Assembly: GCA_030649305.1 (NCBI GenBank)
Contig: JAUSFV010000020.1
Span: forward strand, 1 to 45,776
Origin: a bacterium
GTDB lineage: Bacteria > Patescibacteriota > Minisyncoccia > Sungbacterales > GWA2-42-14
Direction of reading: 5' to 3'
DNA: 45,776 nt
Within the stretch, counting starts at the first letter, position 1; each line of letters opens with the position of its first letter. Under the pieces are notes generated by a model. The model was not told the DNA's origin. It saw only the letters and a list, made by a program, of their open reading frames with translations, and did not search any database. Position numbers and translations under genes: made by a program. Shown here one piece after another: positions 16,363 through 25,894 of the stretch.

Positions 16363-18591
16363 ATGGTAATGGCTCGACATAAGAAAAAACTTAAAAAACA
16401 GAAAACCGATTATCAGGAGCGGGAAGCCGGAAGCCGTAAGCTGAAAGCTGGCTCGGAGCCCTGGCATTCCGATCTGAAGCCTGAAACCAAAAAAAGCATT
16501 TTGGCGGTGTGTTTCTTTTTGCTGACCGCCCTTACCCTGTTAAGTTATTGGCAGCGCGCCGGGGTTTTGGGCAATTATTTTGCTCGTATTTTGACGGCGC
16601 TTGTAGGTAAGGGATATTTTTTCGCGCCCCTTACCTTTCTTTTGGTTGCGTTTTCCTTTCTTTTCTCGGTGAAGCGTGATGAGGATGATTTGCCGCGTCA
16701 TGTGTATTCCCGCACATTCATCGGCGGCGGTCTTTTTTTGCTTTCAACCCTCGGGCTTCTTGATTTGTTTGGCGGAGCAAAAGCGGGCGGTTTTTTCGGC
16801 TACTGGATGACAAAGCCCCTGTTTCATTATTTTGATTTTTGGGCGACCCTTCTTATTGAAGGGACGCTTGGCGTTGTATCGCTCCTTATTTTAATGAATG
16901 TTCCGCTGCATGGCTGGTTGTCGTGGGGGACGAGCGAGGAAGAAACAGAGGGCATAGAAGAAGACGCGGAGCCGCCGCATACATCGCTTGATACCGTTGC
17001 ACAAAAAGTTGAGGCGGTTGTGGCGTCAGTTGCCGCATCCGTTAAAGAGCGCGAAACAGCAGTCGCGGCCATGCCTCCCGTAAAAAAAGAGGAAAAAGAA
17101 GATGAGATTATGTTGGAAAAGCGCCGTGTGAAATTCGCGTATAAGCGTCCGCCGTTTTCCTTACTCAACAGTGATTCGGGCACGCCATCATCGGGCGATA
17201 TTCGCGCGAATGCAAATATCATCAAGCGCACCCTGCAAAATTTTGGGATTGATGTGGAAATGGATGAGGTTTCTGTCGGCCCTACGGTTACGCAATACAC
17301 CTTGAAGCCCGCGCAGGGGGTGAAACTCGCGAAAATCACCGCGTTGCATAACGATTTGTCGTTGGCACTTGCCGCGCACCCCATCAGGATTGAAGCGCCC
17401 ATTCCGGGGAAATCTCTTGTTGGCATTGAAATTCCGAATCGTTCTATTATGCTCGTAGGACTTCGTAGTTTGCTTGATTCGCCCGCGTATCAGGAATCAT
17501 CAGCCCCGCTTTTGTTTGCGCTCGGGCGCGATGTTGCGGGAGAAGCCGCCTACGCGAATCTTGCCAAGATGCCGCATCTTTTGATCGCGGGAAGCACGGG
17601 TTCGGGAAAGAGTGTTAACATTCATACAATTTTAATGTCGCTTCTGTACCGCAATCCGCCCGAGCTCCTGCGCTTTATTTTGATTGACCCGAAGCGCGTT
17701 GAATTATCCATGTATAATGAAATTCCGCATCTTCTGACCCCCGTGATTCATGACGGCAAAAAAACAATCCAGTCGCTTCGCTGGTGCGTGCACGAAATGG
17801 AGCGTCGGTACGAAATGCTTTCGCACGAGCACGTGCGCGACCTTGCGTCATACAACGCGAAAATCGCGAAGCAAAACGATTCTGAAAAAGAATTGATTCC
17901 TTACATCGTTATCGTGATTGATGAGCTTGCGGATTTGATGATGGCCTTTCCCCGCGAGGTTGAAGCCGCGATTGTGCGATTAGCCCAGATGGCGCGCGCT
18001 ATCGGAATTCATTTGATTGTATCCACCCAGCGCCCTTCGGTTGAGGTTATCACGGGGTTGATTAAGGCAAACATTACTTCGCGTATCGCGTTTCAGGTGG
18101 CATCGCAGGTTGATTCGCGCACCATTCTGGATATGTCGGGTGCGGAAAAATTGTTGGGCAACGGCGATATGTTGTTTCTCGCGGGCGATACGGCAAAACC
18201 GCGCCGCATTCAGGGGGCGTTCGTATCCGAGGCCGAAGTGAAAAAAGTGGTTGAATTTTTAAAAAACGAAGTTGAAGAACCGCAGTATGAGGAAGGGATT
18301 TTCGCGGGGGGGGATGCGGGACAGGGCGCGCTTTCATTTGACGATATGGACGGCGGGAGTGACGACGAGCTCTATGAGGAAGCCCGGCGCATTGTGGTTG
18401 AGGCGGGAAAAGCATCCTCGTCATATTTACAGCGGCGTTTGAAGGTTGGCTATGCCCGTGCCGCACGCCTTTTGGATATGCTTGAGGAGCATGGTATTGT
18501 CGGTCCCGGGGATGGCGCAAAGCCCCGCGATATTTTGATGGAGCCATCCGATAAAGAAGAGGACGCGCCTCTTGATGAGGAGGGTATATAA
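16363..18591 (+). CDS. ftsK: DNA translocase FtsK/SpoIIIE
   Basis: N-terminal TM segments, motor domain with Walker A GSTGSGKS and TQRPSV, and a C-terminal gamma domain (YLQRRLKVGYARAARLLDMLEEHGIV). Confidence 0.92.
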   Translation: MVMARHKKKLKKQKTDYQEREAGSRKLKAGSEPWHSDLKPETKKSILAVCFFLLTALTLLSYWQRAGVLGNYFARILTALVGKGYFFAPLTFLLVAFSFLFSVKRDEDDLPRHVYSRTFIGGGLFLLSTLGLLDLFGGAKAGGFFGYWMTKPLFHYFDFWATLLIEGTLGVVSLLILMNVPLHGWLSWGTSEEETEGIEEDAEPPHTSLDTVAQKVEAVVASVAASVKERETAVAAMPPVKKEEKEDEIMLEKRRVKFAYKRPPFSLLNSDSGTPSSGDIRANANIIKRTLQNFGIDVEMDEVSVGPTVTQYTLKPAQGVKLAKITALHNDLSLALAAHPIRIEAPIPGKSLVGIEIPNRSIMLVGLRSLLDSPAYQESSAPLLFALGRDVAGEAAYANLAKMPHLLIAGSTGSGKSVNIHTILMSLLYRNPPELLRFILIDPKRVELSMYNEIPHLLTPVIHDGKKTIQSLRWCVHEMERRYEMLSHEHVRDLASYNAKIAKQNDSEKELIPYIVIVIDELADLMMAFPREVEAAIVRLAQMARAIGIHLIVSTQRPSVEVITGLIKANITSRIAFQVASQVDSRTILDMSGAEKLLGNGDMLFLAGDTAKPRRIQGAFVSEAEVKKVVEFLKNEVEEPQYEEGIFAGGDAGQGALSFDDMDGGSDDELYEEARRIVVEAGKASSSYLQRRLKVGYARAARLLDMLEEHGIVGPGDGAKPRDILMEPSDKEEDAPLDEEGI

Positions 18592-18620
18592 TAAATATAA
18601 CAATGTTTAGTAAGGTTTAT

Positions 18621-18656
18621 CCCATGATACATTTTATGTATCGGGGGATTTTTTAA
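18621..18656 (+). terminator. Terminator hairpin (GATACAT-TTT-ATGTATC with GG extension) plus a T-run
   Basis: Read directly after the ftsK stop. Confidence 0.5.
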
Positions 18657-18732
18657 TTAATGTGTGCGTTATCTATTTTGAGATATACACAGAGCGGTAT
18701 GTAATAAAATAAGAAATTGGTATAATAAACTA

Positions 18733-19158
18733 ATGAAAATTAATGGTTATACATTTTTGTTTTCGGTTTTGTTGTTGTTCGTTTTTGCGGGCGTTCTTTT
18801 GCATGGTTTTATCGGAGCTTTTTTGCCGATGGATCGCGGAGTGTATTGTGCGGTAAGCGAGACGATTATGCGCGTTGATTGCCCTTTGCGTTCTGAGCCC
18901 ATGACGCGGGCCGATTTTAACGCGAGTGTATTTAAGAATCTTTCGCAGGCGCGAAATAGCGCATCGATTTTTTTTCAGTTGCTCTTATTTGTAATACTGC
19001 TGGTTGGCGCAACGGTACACGGCGTTGCTCCCGCAGCTCCCTTACTTGGGGATGTACATGTGTTTCAAAATTTTATTCCGCCCGATTTTATATCCCGCTT
19101 AAAATTGCGGCGCTGGTCGCGCCAATTAGCGCAAAGCCCCGCATTGCTTCGGGCGTAG
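18733..19158 (+). CDS. Hypothetical membrane protein (141 aa, 2 predicted TM helices)
   Basis: ORF with hydrophobic segments; TATAAT-like -10 close upstream. Confidence 0.4.
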   Translation: MKINGYTFLFSVLLLFVFAGVLLHGFIGAFLPMDRGVYCAVSETIMRVDCPLRSEPMTRADFNASVFKNLSQARNSASIFFQLLLFVILLVGATVHGVAPAAPLLGDVHVFQNFIPPDFISRLKLRRWSRQLAQSPALLRA

Positions 19159-19251
19159 GAACACGGCCGTCTTTTTGACGGCAGAATTTTGTTCCTGCGC
19201 TCCGTATCCCTTTTGATAAAGGGATTTTTTATTTGGCAATCTTCTTTGTGT

Positions 19252-21882
19252 ATGAAAAAAATACATCTTCAAAAAATATTAAAAATTTCATTTGTTTCCT
19301 TGTTGTTATTGAATTGGGTCTTTTTGGGTTTTCCTCCGCATATTCAGGAAGCTCGTGCGGCAACGGTCGCAATTAGGCAGGAAATAAATATTATTAATTC
19401 CGCTTTCGGCTCGGAGAGCGGCGTCTTTGCTACTTCCTCCGCAATCATCCAGATTGATACGACGAAATACACAAGCCCTACGTATTATTTTGAAGTCGTT
19501 GCCTCAACCACCGCGGCAACCAACGCGACCATTCAGTTGCAAAATGCGACGAGCGGTGTGGTGAACGCAAGCGTTACCGTCAATGGGACATCATATGATT
19601 TGTATCGTTCCTCATCCTTTACGCCCGATATGTCAGGCGCGGGGGAGTATATGGTGGTGACGGGAGACGAGGCGGTAGGCAAGGGAGCGATTGCGGCGCG
19701 GGTTGTTATTTTGCAGAGCGCGGACCCTATTGCGGTAACCGAAACGTATATTGAAATAGGGTCAGCCACATCAACGCGCTATACAACGCCAAATGCTACC
19801 ACAACCCTGCCTCTTCAATATCCGAAATATTGGTATTACGATTCAGCGCAATGGGACGGTTCGCCGGCATTTTCCGTTGAAGTTACGTATAAAGATTATC
19901 AAGTGGCATCTTCTACGACGTATGCGACAGTGGGAACGCATACCTATAATGAATCTTTGGGCGTGAGCTATATTACTATTGAGGCGTGGGGCGCGGGAGG
20001 TGGCGGAGGAACTCAAAAAAACCTTGGCGGTGGAGGCGGCGGTGGTGGCGCGTATGCTCGTTCTACAACTACTCCTACCGGTGTCGCGCATGACCTTGTG
20101 GTAGCTGCCGGAGGGGGGTCTGAAACTACGGCGCTTTCTGATACAACATACGACGCGACGGTTGTCGTTGCTGATTCTGGCACAGGAGGAGGTACAACTC
20201 AGGCCGGTGGCGCGGGAGGTGTCGCGTCTCCTACTTCGGTAGGGGATGTAACGGTCGTCGGTGGTGATGGCGGCGCTGGCCTTTCTGACAATGACACAGG
20301 CGGCGGCGGTGGCGGCGCGGCTGGGTCTTCTGGTATAGGCGAAACAGGCCAAGATGGACAGACATCAACCGGTGGGTATGGAGGTTTGGCCAATGGCGGT
20401 TCCGGGGGCGAGGGTAATGGAGGCAGTGGCGGCGCAGGAGGTGCAGGCACTACTGCGCCAATTGGCGGTGGCGGTGGCGGAGGTGGCGATACAAGCAGTG
20501 CCGGTGGTGATGGCGGAGCTCCGGGGGGTGGTGGCGGCGGTTCCGAGGTAGATACAGGGGCGGGGTCGGGAGGAACCGGCGGCGATGGTCAGATTATTAT
20601 CACCGAAACCCATGGCATGACAGGTATCGCTCTTGAACAAGACGACGGCGTATTCGGAACGTGGACCAATGTAGCACAGATTGTTACTGATGGCGTCGCT
20701 ACTTCTTCTCCCGAGCGTATTCGCGTATCTTTCACGCCGACGGACGGAAAACATTATCGTATTGTTGCATCAACCACCGCGTCAACGGCATCATACGATA
20801 TTTATAACGCGAAGATTGTTGTTGACCAGACATCCCCGACCCTTCTTGAGCCCCAATATCTTCTTGCGAATACAAAACTTGCTTCCGGAATCAACTTGCA
20901 GAACTTTTTGACTTCGTGGAATTCTGTCGAATGGTCGGGTGTTACGAATACCTATATTCACCAAATTGACTCCGCTGATGGTTCCGGTTCGGTGGTAGAG
21001 ATAGATACCGCGCCGGGAGGGACGCAGGTATTAGGGTCGGAAGTTTCAAGTCCCGACAATAGCGCAACATCGTCTTCAATGACCATGCCCGCTGATGGAG
21101 ATTTAGATATCAAGGCAACGACGAATCAGGATGATATTTATGCCTCGCGCATTTTGGTTCGGGTAGTGCCCATTCAGAATCCCCAAATTGAACAACGAGT
21201 GTATCGCTGGCGCGAAGATGATGGGAATGAAATAAACGCCTCGTGGGCTGCCGCGGAAAATACCGAACTTTCTTCCGGCATTTTTATCGGCGACCGTAGG
21301 CGCCTCCGGTTTCTCATTTCAAATAGTACCGCTTCGGCAGATAGTATTGCTTATCGCCTGGAATACGCATCAAGTTCTTCCTGCACTATTTCTATTCCGG
21401 TTCCCGCAGTCGCATCCTCAGAGGAATGGGCCATGGATCCATCATATTATCTTTCCGAAGATAATAGCACAACGGACGTATCCGGAGGTCTTACAAATCC
21501 GGGTGGAAAAACATTTTTTGCCGGTTATACAAAAAACGCGAGTAATCAAACAAGCGCTCATTCGCTCACATCCGGCCAATTCACCGAACACGAATACGCA
21601 ATCAAATCAACTGCAAATGCTCAAACAGGACTGGCGTATTGTTTCCGTTTGACTAACGCGGGTGCTACCACGAATTTTATCTATACGATGAATGCGTCTA
21701 CGACGCTTTCGGTTGCGGCGCGTCCGCAAACAGGTGGTGGCGGCGGTGAGGGTTCGGGTGGTGGCAATGCGCAAACAGGTGCCACAGACCATGGTGGTGG
21801 CGCGGGGGGCGAGGGTTCGGGCGGTGGGGCGCCCGTGGATGGCGGCACGGGTCAGGGGGGCGGCGGCGATTCAGAAGAATAA
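19252..21882 (+). CDS. Large secreted glycine-rich repeat protein (877 aa from ATG 19252): signal peptide, Thr/Ser-rich beta domain, about 200 aa of poly-Gly-rich tracts, a second related beta domain, Gly-rich C-terminus
   Basis: N-terminal MKKIHLQKILKISFVSLLLLNWVFLG signal; runs such as GGGGGGGGAYA and GGGGGGGG; internal similarity between YYFEVVASTTAATNATIQL and HYRIVASTTASTASYDIY; the caller's TTG 19189 start is an extension. Confidence 0.6.
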   Translation: MKKIHLQKILKISFVSLLLLNWVFLGFPPHIQEARAATVAIRQEINIINSAFGSESGVFATSSAIIQIDTTKYTSPTYYFEVVASTTAATNATIQLQNATSGVVNASVTVNGTSYDLYRSSSFTPDMSGAGEYMVVTGDEAVGKGAIAARVVILQSADPIAVTETYIEIGSATSTRYTTPNATTTLPLQYPKYWYYDSAQWDGSPAFSVEVTYKDYQVASSTTYATVGTHTYNESLGVSYITIEAWGAGGGGGTQKNLGGGGGGGGAYARSTTTPTGVAHDLVVAAGGGSETTALSDTTYDATVVVADSGTGGGTTQAGGAGGVASPTSVGDVTVVGGDGGAGLSDNDTGGGGGGAAGSSGIGETGQDGQTSTGGYGGLANGGSGGEGNGGSGGAGGAGTTAPIGGGGGGGGDTSSAGGDGGAPGGGGGGSEVDTGAGSGGTGGDGQIIITETHGMTGIALEQDDGVFGTWTNVAQIVTDGVATSSPERIRVSFTPTDGKHYRIVASTTASTASYDIYNAKIVVDQTSPTLLEPQYLLANTKLASGINLQNFLTSWNSVEWSGVTNTYIHQIDSADGSGSVVEIDTAPGGTQVLGSEVSSPDNSATSSSMTMPADGDLDIKATTNQDDIYASRILVRVVPIQNPQIEQRVYRWREDDGNEINASWAAAENTELSSGIFIGDRRRLRFLISNSTASADSIAYRLEYASSSSCTISIPVPAVASSEEWAMDPSYYLSEDNSTTDVSGGLTNPGGKTFFAGYTKNASNQTSAHSLTSGQFTEHEYAIKSTANAQTGLAYCFRLTNAGATTNFIYTMNASTTLSVAARPQTGGGGGEGSGGGNAQTGATDHGGGAGGEGSGGGAPVDGGTGQGGGGDSEE

Positions 21883-21896
21883 ATATATATATTGCC

Positions 21897-23045
21897 ATGA
21901 AAATAGCAATCAATTTGACTCGGGAATACGTGGGAGGCATCACGTCGTTCAATATTAACCTCATTAGCTACCTTTCGGGATTAGATGATGAGTTTGTTGG
22001 TATTGAGCTGAACAGCCGAATGTATATGAAGGGGCCGGCAATCTTTCGGTCGTTTGCTCCGGAAATATTTGACCACCATATTGTGAATATTCACGATATT
22101 CCCATCCATAAGCTTGTTAAAAAAGCAAAGACACTTAAGCATATTGAGAAAGCGTATAAAGGTGCGATAAAAACAGTTCAGGCGATTTTTCGCGATACCA
22201 AGCCCGACGTCGTGTTGTTGAGCGGCACCTACTATGTTCCGTGGCTTATATCAATCGCGGCGCGTCGGGAAAAAATCCCCATTGTGTTGTGGTATTTGGG
22301 AATTTATTCCTTGGAAACAAAGCATACTCTCAAAACCGCGTGAAAATTGTATGCCGCGATTGAGCGGTCAATTGTGCGTTCCGCAACACAGATAATATTT
22401 CCTTCGTATGTATGTGAAACCGTTGTAGAGCGGGAAGTTGTCGGAGCTTCTCTGAAAAATAGTTATGTCATTCCTAATCCCATATCTTCAATTTTTACTG
22501 ACCCGAACGCGATTGAACATTCGTTGGAACGCCGTATCGCGGCGGTGGGACGATACAGCAAAATAAAAAATTTTGAAATGTTTTTCGTTCTGCACAAAGA
22601 ACTGTTGCGGCGAAAATGGCGCCATACTGCTTCATTCGTTACGAATGTGCTTGGCCATAAAATGGCGACGGGTGAAATTCCGAAGTCAATCAAGGTATTG
22701 CCGCCGATGACCCCCGAGGGGCTGAAAAAATTTTATCTCACGCAGGGTATTATTGTATGTCCTTCCCGTTTTGAAACATTCGGTAATGTACCGATGGAGG
22801 CGGCATGCCTTGGTATTCCGGTGTTAGTGAATGAGCATGTCGGATGCGCGGAGATACTTAAGCAAGTTGGCCTTGAAAATATGGTCATGTCATTTGACGA
22901 TGTGGGGGCCGTCGCAGACCGGATACAACAATTATGCGGACAGCATATTTTGCCGAAGCAATTGAACGCGCTTAAACGGATACTTGATTATCGCTTTGTC
23001 GGAGACGAGATTCGGGCGGTACTTGACGTAGCTGTTAATAAATGA
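21897..23045 (+). pseudogene. GT4 family glycosyltransferase interrupted by a single in-frame TGA (22341-22343): ORFs 21897-22343 and 22347-23045 share one frame
   Basis: N-domain (MKIAINLTREYVGGITSF...) and C-domain (CPSRFETFGNVPMEAACLGIPVLV, E-x7-E-like) of one GT-B enzyme in the same frame, separated only by TGA; the second ORF has no ATG (TTG). Confidence 0.6.
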
Positions 23046-23111
23046 ATGAATGGCCGCAATATCTACAGTATAATTCTTTTTTAAAATGTGATTTTTATTG
23101 AGAAGGTTATC

Positions 23112-23142
23112 TTTACTATAGAGGCTTAGCCTCTATAGTAAA
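23112..23142. repeat. Palindrome family P1 copy 1: TTTACTATAGAGGC-TTA-GCCTCTATAGTAAA
   Basis: Perfect 14-bp arms. Confidence 0.75.
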
Positions 23143-23174
23143 AAAATCAAGATTTTATTACGTGTTCGTATACT

Positions 23175-23201
23175 TCCTATAGAGGCTAAGCCTCTATAGG
23201 A
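23175..23201. repeat. Palindrome family P1 copy 2: TCCTATAGAGGC-TAA-GCCTCTATAGGA
   Basis: Perfect 12-bp arms, 33 nt from copy 1. Confidence 0.75.
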
Positions 23202-23213
23202 AAAAAGAAAATA

Positions 23214-23243
23214 GAAACCGTTTCTTATACGGTTTCTTTTTGT
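23214..23243 (+). terminator. Terminator (GAAACCG-TTTCTTATA-CGGTTTC then TTTTTGT)
   Basis: Read directly upstream of alr. Confidence 0.5.
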
Positions 23244-23273
23244 ATTTTTCTGGTGGTGTGGTATTTTGAAATT

Positions 23274-24416
23274 ATGCGAGAACTTCGCACCTGGATTGAA
23301 ATAGACGAAAAAGCGCTTCGCCACAATGTTGCGGAGTTTTTGAAATTGATTCCAAAACGAACGCGCTTTATGGCGGTGGTAAAATCAAACGCCTATGGCC
23401 ACGGCCTCGTGACTGTCGCACAGTCACTCGCCAATCTGACACCCGACACCTATCACCTGTCACCTCGTCTCTGGTTCGGTGTTGATTCTATCGTTGAGGG
23501 ATTGCGGCTTCGTCGGGAGGGAATTAAAAATCCGATTTTAGTGCTTGGGTCAACGCTTCCCGCGCGGATTCCCGAAGCGGCGGAACATGCCATTGCCCTT
23601 GCCGTTTCTAATTTTGAATCGCTTCGCGCGCATGCGTCCGTAAAAAATCGCCCCGCGTTTCATTTAAAAATTGATACCGGCATGCACCGGCAGGGATTTT
23701 TTCCGCATGAAATAAAAAAAGCGGCTGCGTTTCTGAAAGCCAGCCGGTTACGCCCCGAGGGTATTTTTACGCATTTCGCTTCGGCAAAAGATATCGCGTA
23801 TCCGACCTATACGCTTGAGCAATTGAAAAAATTTAAAGATGCGGATAGAGAATTACAAAAAAATGGATTTACGAATATGATGCGTCATGCCGCCGCAAGC
23901 GGAGGCGCGCTTCTTTTTCCCGAATCGCATCTGGATATGGTGCGTATTGGCATGGCAATGTACGGATATTGGCCATCCGAAGAATCAAGAATTAAGAATA
24001 AAGAATTAAGGGTGACGCTTAAACCGGTATTAATTTGGAAGACCGTTGTGGCGGAAATAAAAAAAATTCCGAAGGGAGCGTATGTCGGGTATGATTGTAC
24101 GGAACGCGTATCGCGCAATACGACGATGGCAGTACTCCCTATTGGTTATTGGCACGGATATGATCGCGGGCTTTCCAGTACCGGTGAAGTGCTAATCCGC
24201 GGAAAACGCGCGCGCGTACTCGGCCGCGTTTCCATGGATATGATCGTCGTGGATGCAACGGATATTTCGGGTATCAAAGTCGCGGATGAGGTGGTACTCA
24301 TCGGGAAGCAGGGAAAAGATACCGTGTGGGGGGATGCCATGGCCCTTAAAATCAGCACGAGCCAATACGAGGTTTTGACTCGTATTAACCCCCTTGTTAA
24401 GCGGATAATCGTATAG
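23274..24416 (+). CDS. alr: Alanine racemase
   Basis: PLP-lysine motif AVVKSNAYGHG and a conserved C-terminal region; likely start MRELRTW at 23274. Confidence 0.9.
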   Translation: MRELRTWIEIDEKALRHNVAEFLKLIPKRTRFMAVVKSNAYGHGLVTVAQSLANLTPDTYHLSPRLWFGVDSIVEGLRLRREGIKNPILVLGSTLPARIPEAAEHAIALAVSNFESLRAHASVKNRPAFHLKIDTGMHRQGFFPHEIKKAAAFLKASRLRPEGIFTHFASAKDIAYPTYTLEQLKKFKDADRELQKNGFTNMMRHAAASGGALLFPESHLDMVRIGMAMYGYWPSEESRIKNKELRVTLKPVLIWKTVVAEIKKIPKGAYVGYDCTERVSRNTTMAVLPIGYWHGYDRGLSSTGEVLIRGKRARVLGRVSMDMIVVDATDISGIKVADEVVLIGKQGKDTVWGDAMALKISTSQYEVLTRINPLVKRIIV

Positions 24417-24528
24417 TGGATAGGGTGTGTATGGGTATTTTGTACATACGGGACGCTTTTTGGTATAATAAGAAAACGTTATTAAAAAGGCCGAAAATTT
24501 TATATTCAAATAATTTTTTATAAAAATA

Positions 24529-25320
24529 ATGAAAAAAATCATTTATATTATGAGCGTTTTCGCGATGACGGGGGGCATTATGCCTTTTGCGACATTCGCG
24601 CAGACCGCGACATCAACGCCCCCGTTTCGGGGGGACATGCGCGCTTTGCAGGAGGATATTAGGGATAAAAGAATGGAGATTCAGGATAGGATGCGTGATG
24701 AAGTAGAGGGCGCGCGGATGGAGATGCAATCACGTCTTCGTTCGTTGCGCGGAACCGCGACCACGACGCCCGCGGTGCGCCATGAGGTGATTGACGCAAT
24801 GCGCGAGCGCATGCAGGAAGCGCGCGAGGAAGCAAAAGAGAAGCGCGACGAGCTTCGTGAAGAAATGAAAGCGCGCCGCGAGGAGATTACATTAAAAGTC
24901 GCTGAAGAGGTCGCAAAACGGGTTCGTAATCACTTTGACCGTATGGTGAAGCGATTTGACGCGGCAGTTGAGCGTTTGGAGAAGCTCGCGGATCGTATTG
25001 AATCACGTTTGAATAAAGCGGAAGAAAACGGGAAAGATGTAACAGCGCTTCGCGCAAAACTTACCGATGCGCGTACAAAAATTGCGGAAGCCCAGACCGC
25101 GCTTGATGAAGCAGTGGCGAAATTTGAAGCCGTAGTCGGGGATGATAATCCGCGCGAAGCATTTCGCGAGGTTCGTGATTTGCTGGATGGAGTGAAAGAG
25201 AAAATAAAAGCGGCTCATGCCGCGTTGGTCGACGTTATCAGTTCGCTCAAGGGGATTGGCAATACCGCAACGACAACGCCGAGCGGTACCGCCACAACTA
25301 CCCCCGCAGTACTTCCGTAA
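24529..25320 (+). CDS. Secreted coiled-coil protein (signal peptide, Arg/Glu-rich helices, Thr-rich termini), hypothetical
   Basis: MKKIIYIMSVFAMTGGIMPFATFAQT signal; heptad-like charged repeats. Confidence 0.5.
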   Translation: MKKIIYIMSVFAMTGGIMPFATFAQTATSTPPFRGDMRALQEDIRDKRMEIQDRMRDEVEGARMEMQSRLRSLRGTATTTPAVRHEVIDAMRERMQEAREEAKEKRDELREEMKARREEITLKVAEEVAKRVRNHFDRMVKRFDAAVERLEKLADRIESRLNKAEENGKDVTALRAKLTDARTKIAEAQTALDEAVAKFEAVVGDDNPREAFREVRDLLDGVKEKIKAAHAALVDVISSLKGIGNTATTTPSGTATTTPAVLP

Positions 25321-25340
25321 TTCATTCTTTATTCTTTCGC

Positions 25341-25385
25341 TTTAGATTCGTTTAGAGTTTAGAGTTTAGAGTTTAGAATTTTAGA
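25341..25385. repeat. Heptamer tandem repeat (GTTTAGA)x4 with degenerate flanking units
   Basis: Read directly in the intergenic region. Confidence 0.7.
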
Positions 25386-25389
25386 AAAT

Positions 25390-25662
25390 ATGGAAATGAA
25401 TCAACCAATGATGCAGAGCGGCTCTTCGCAAAAAAATATGTGGATGTGGCTCGTGATTGGGGCGGTAGTCATTGTGGCACTTGCAGCTGTGTGGTGGTTT
25501 TGGCAGGGAGGTGTTCTCGGGGGCGAAGATGCCGGAACGGCGATGCTTGAGAAACAGGGAACGTCTGATGAGGTGGAAGCGATTGACGCGGATTTACAGG
25601 CAACGGATTTGGAAGATTTGGACGCGGAAACGGATGCGATTGATGCCGAACTTGCTCGGTAA
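25390..25662 (+). CDS. Small membrane protein with an acidic C-terminal tail (90 aa), hypothetical
   Basis: One TM helix (WMWLVIGAVVIVALAAVWWFW) then an Asp/Glu-rich tail. Confidence 0.45.
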   Translation: MEMNQPMMQSGSSQKNMWMWLVIGAVVIVALAAVWWFWQGGVLGGEDAGTAMLEKQGTSDEVEAIDADLQATDLEDLDAETDAIDAELAR

Positions 25663-25667
25663 TCTAC

Positions 25668-25712
25668 CGCGCAGACATACGCAGACGGTACGCAGAATAA
25701 CGCAGAAAAAAG
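25668..25712. repeat. 10-11-nt periodic repeat with CGCAGA at 25670, 25680, 25691 and 25701
   Basis: Read directly; directly followed by a terminator. Confidence 0.6.
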
Positions 25713-25715
25713 AGT

Positions 25716-25745
25716 CCTCCGGTTTATGCCGGAGGGCTTTTTGTT
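25716..25745 (+). terminator. Rho-independent terminator (CCTCCGG-TTTATG-CCGGAGG then GCTTTTTGTTT)
   Basis: Read directly. Confidence 0.65.
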
Positions 25746-25862
25746 TCCCGCTTTTTGCGTAGTGCTTGAATAAGGAAGACGCTCTTCCCCGATTGCGGAT
25801 AGCGCCGCTTTTTCTTTTTCGTGGATCTTTTTTCAGTTTTTGTGGGTGATTTCATGGGTATT

Positions 25863-25887
25863 TCTATAGAGGCTAAGCCTCTATAGA
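25863..25887. repeat. Palindrome family P1 copy 3: TCTATAGAGGC-TAA-GCCTCTATAGA, abutting the uvrC stop
   Basis: Perfect 11-bp arms. Confidence 0.75.
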
Positions 25888-25894
25888 GAGAGGT

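Noticed and set aside
20199-20450. Minus-strand Pro-rich ORF (MPAPPAPPLPPLPSPPEPP...) and other ORFs overlapping the Gly-rich gene
   Set aside because: Antisense translation of the GGN-rich repeat DNA. The sense frame encodes a coherent secreted protein.
22341-22343. Reading the in-frame TGA as a sense codon under genetic code 4 or 25
   Set aside because: TGA terminates rpoC (15716-15718) and the ORF 7134-7487 at positions consistent with natural protein ends. No other conserved gene here needs TGA readthrough.
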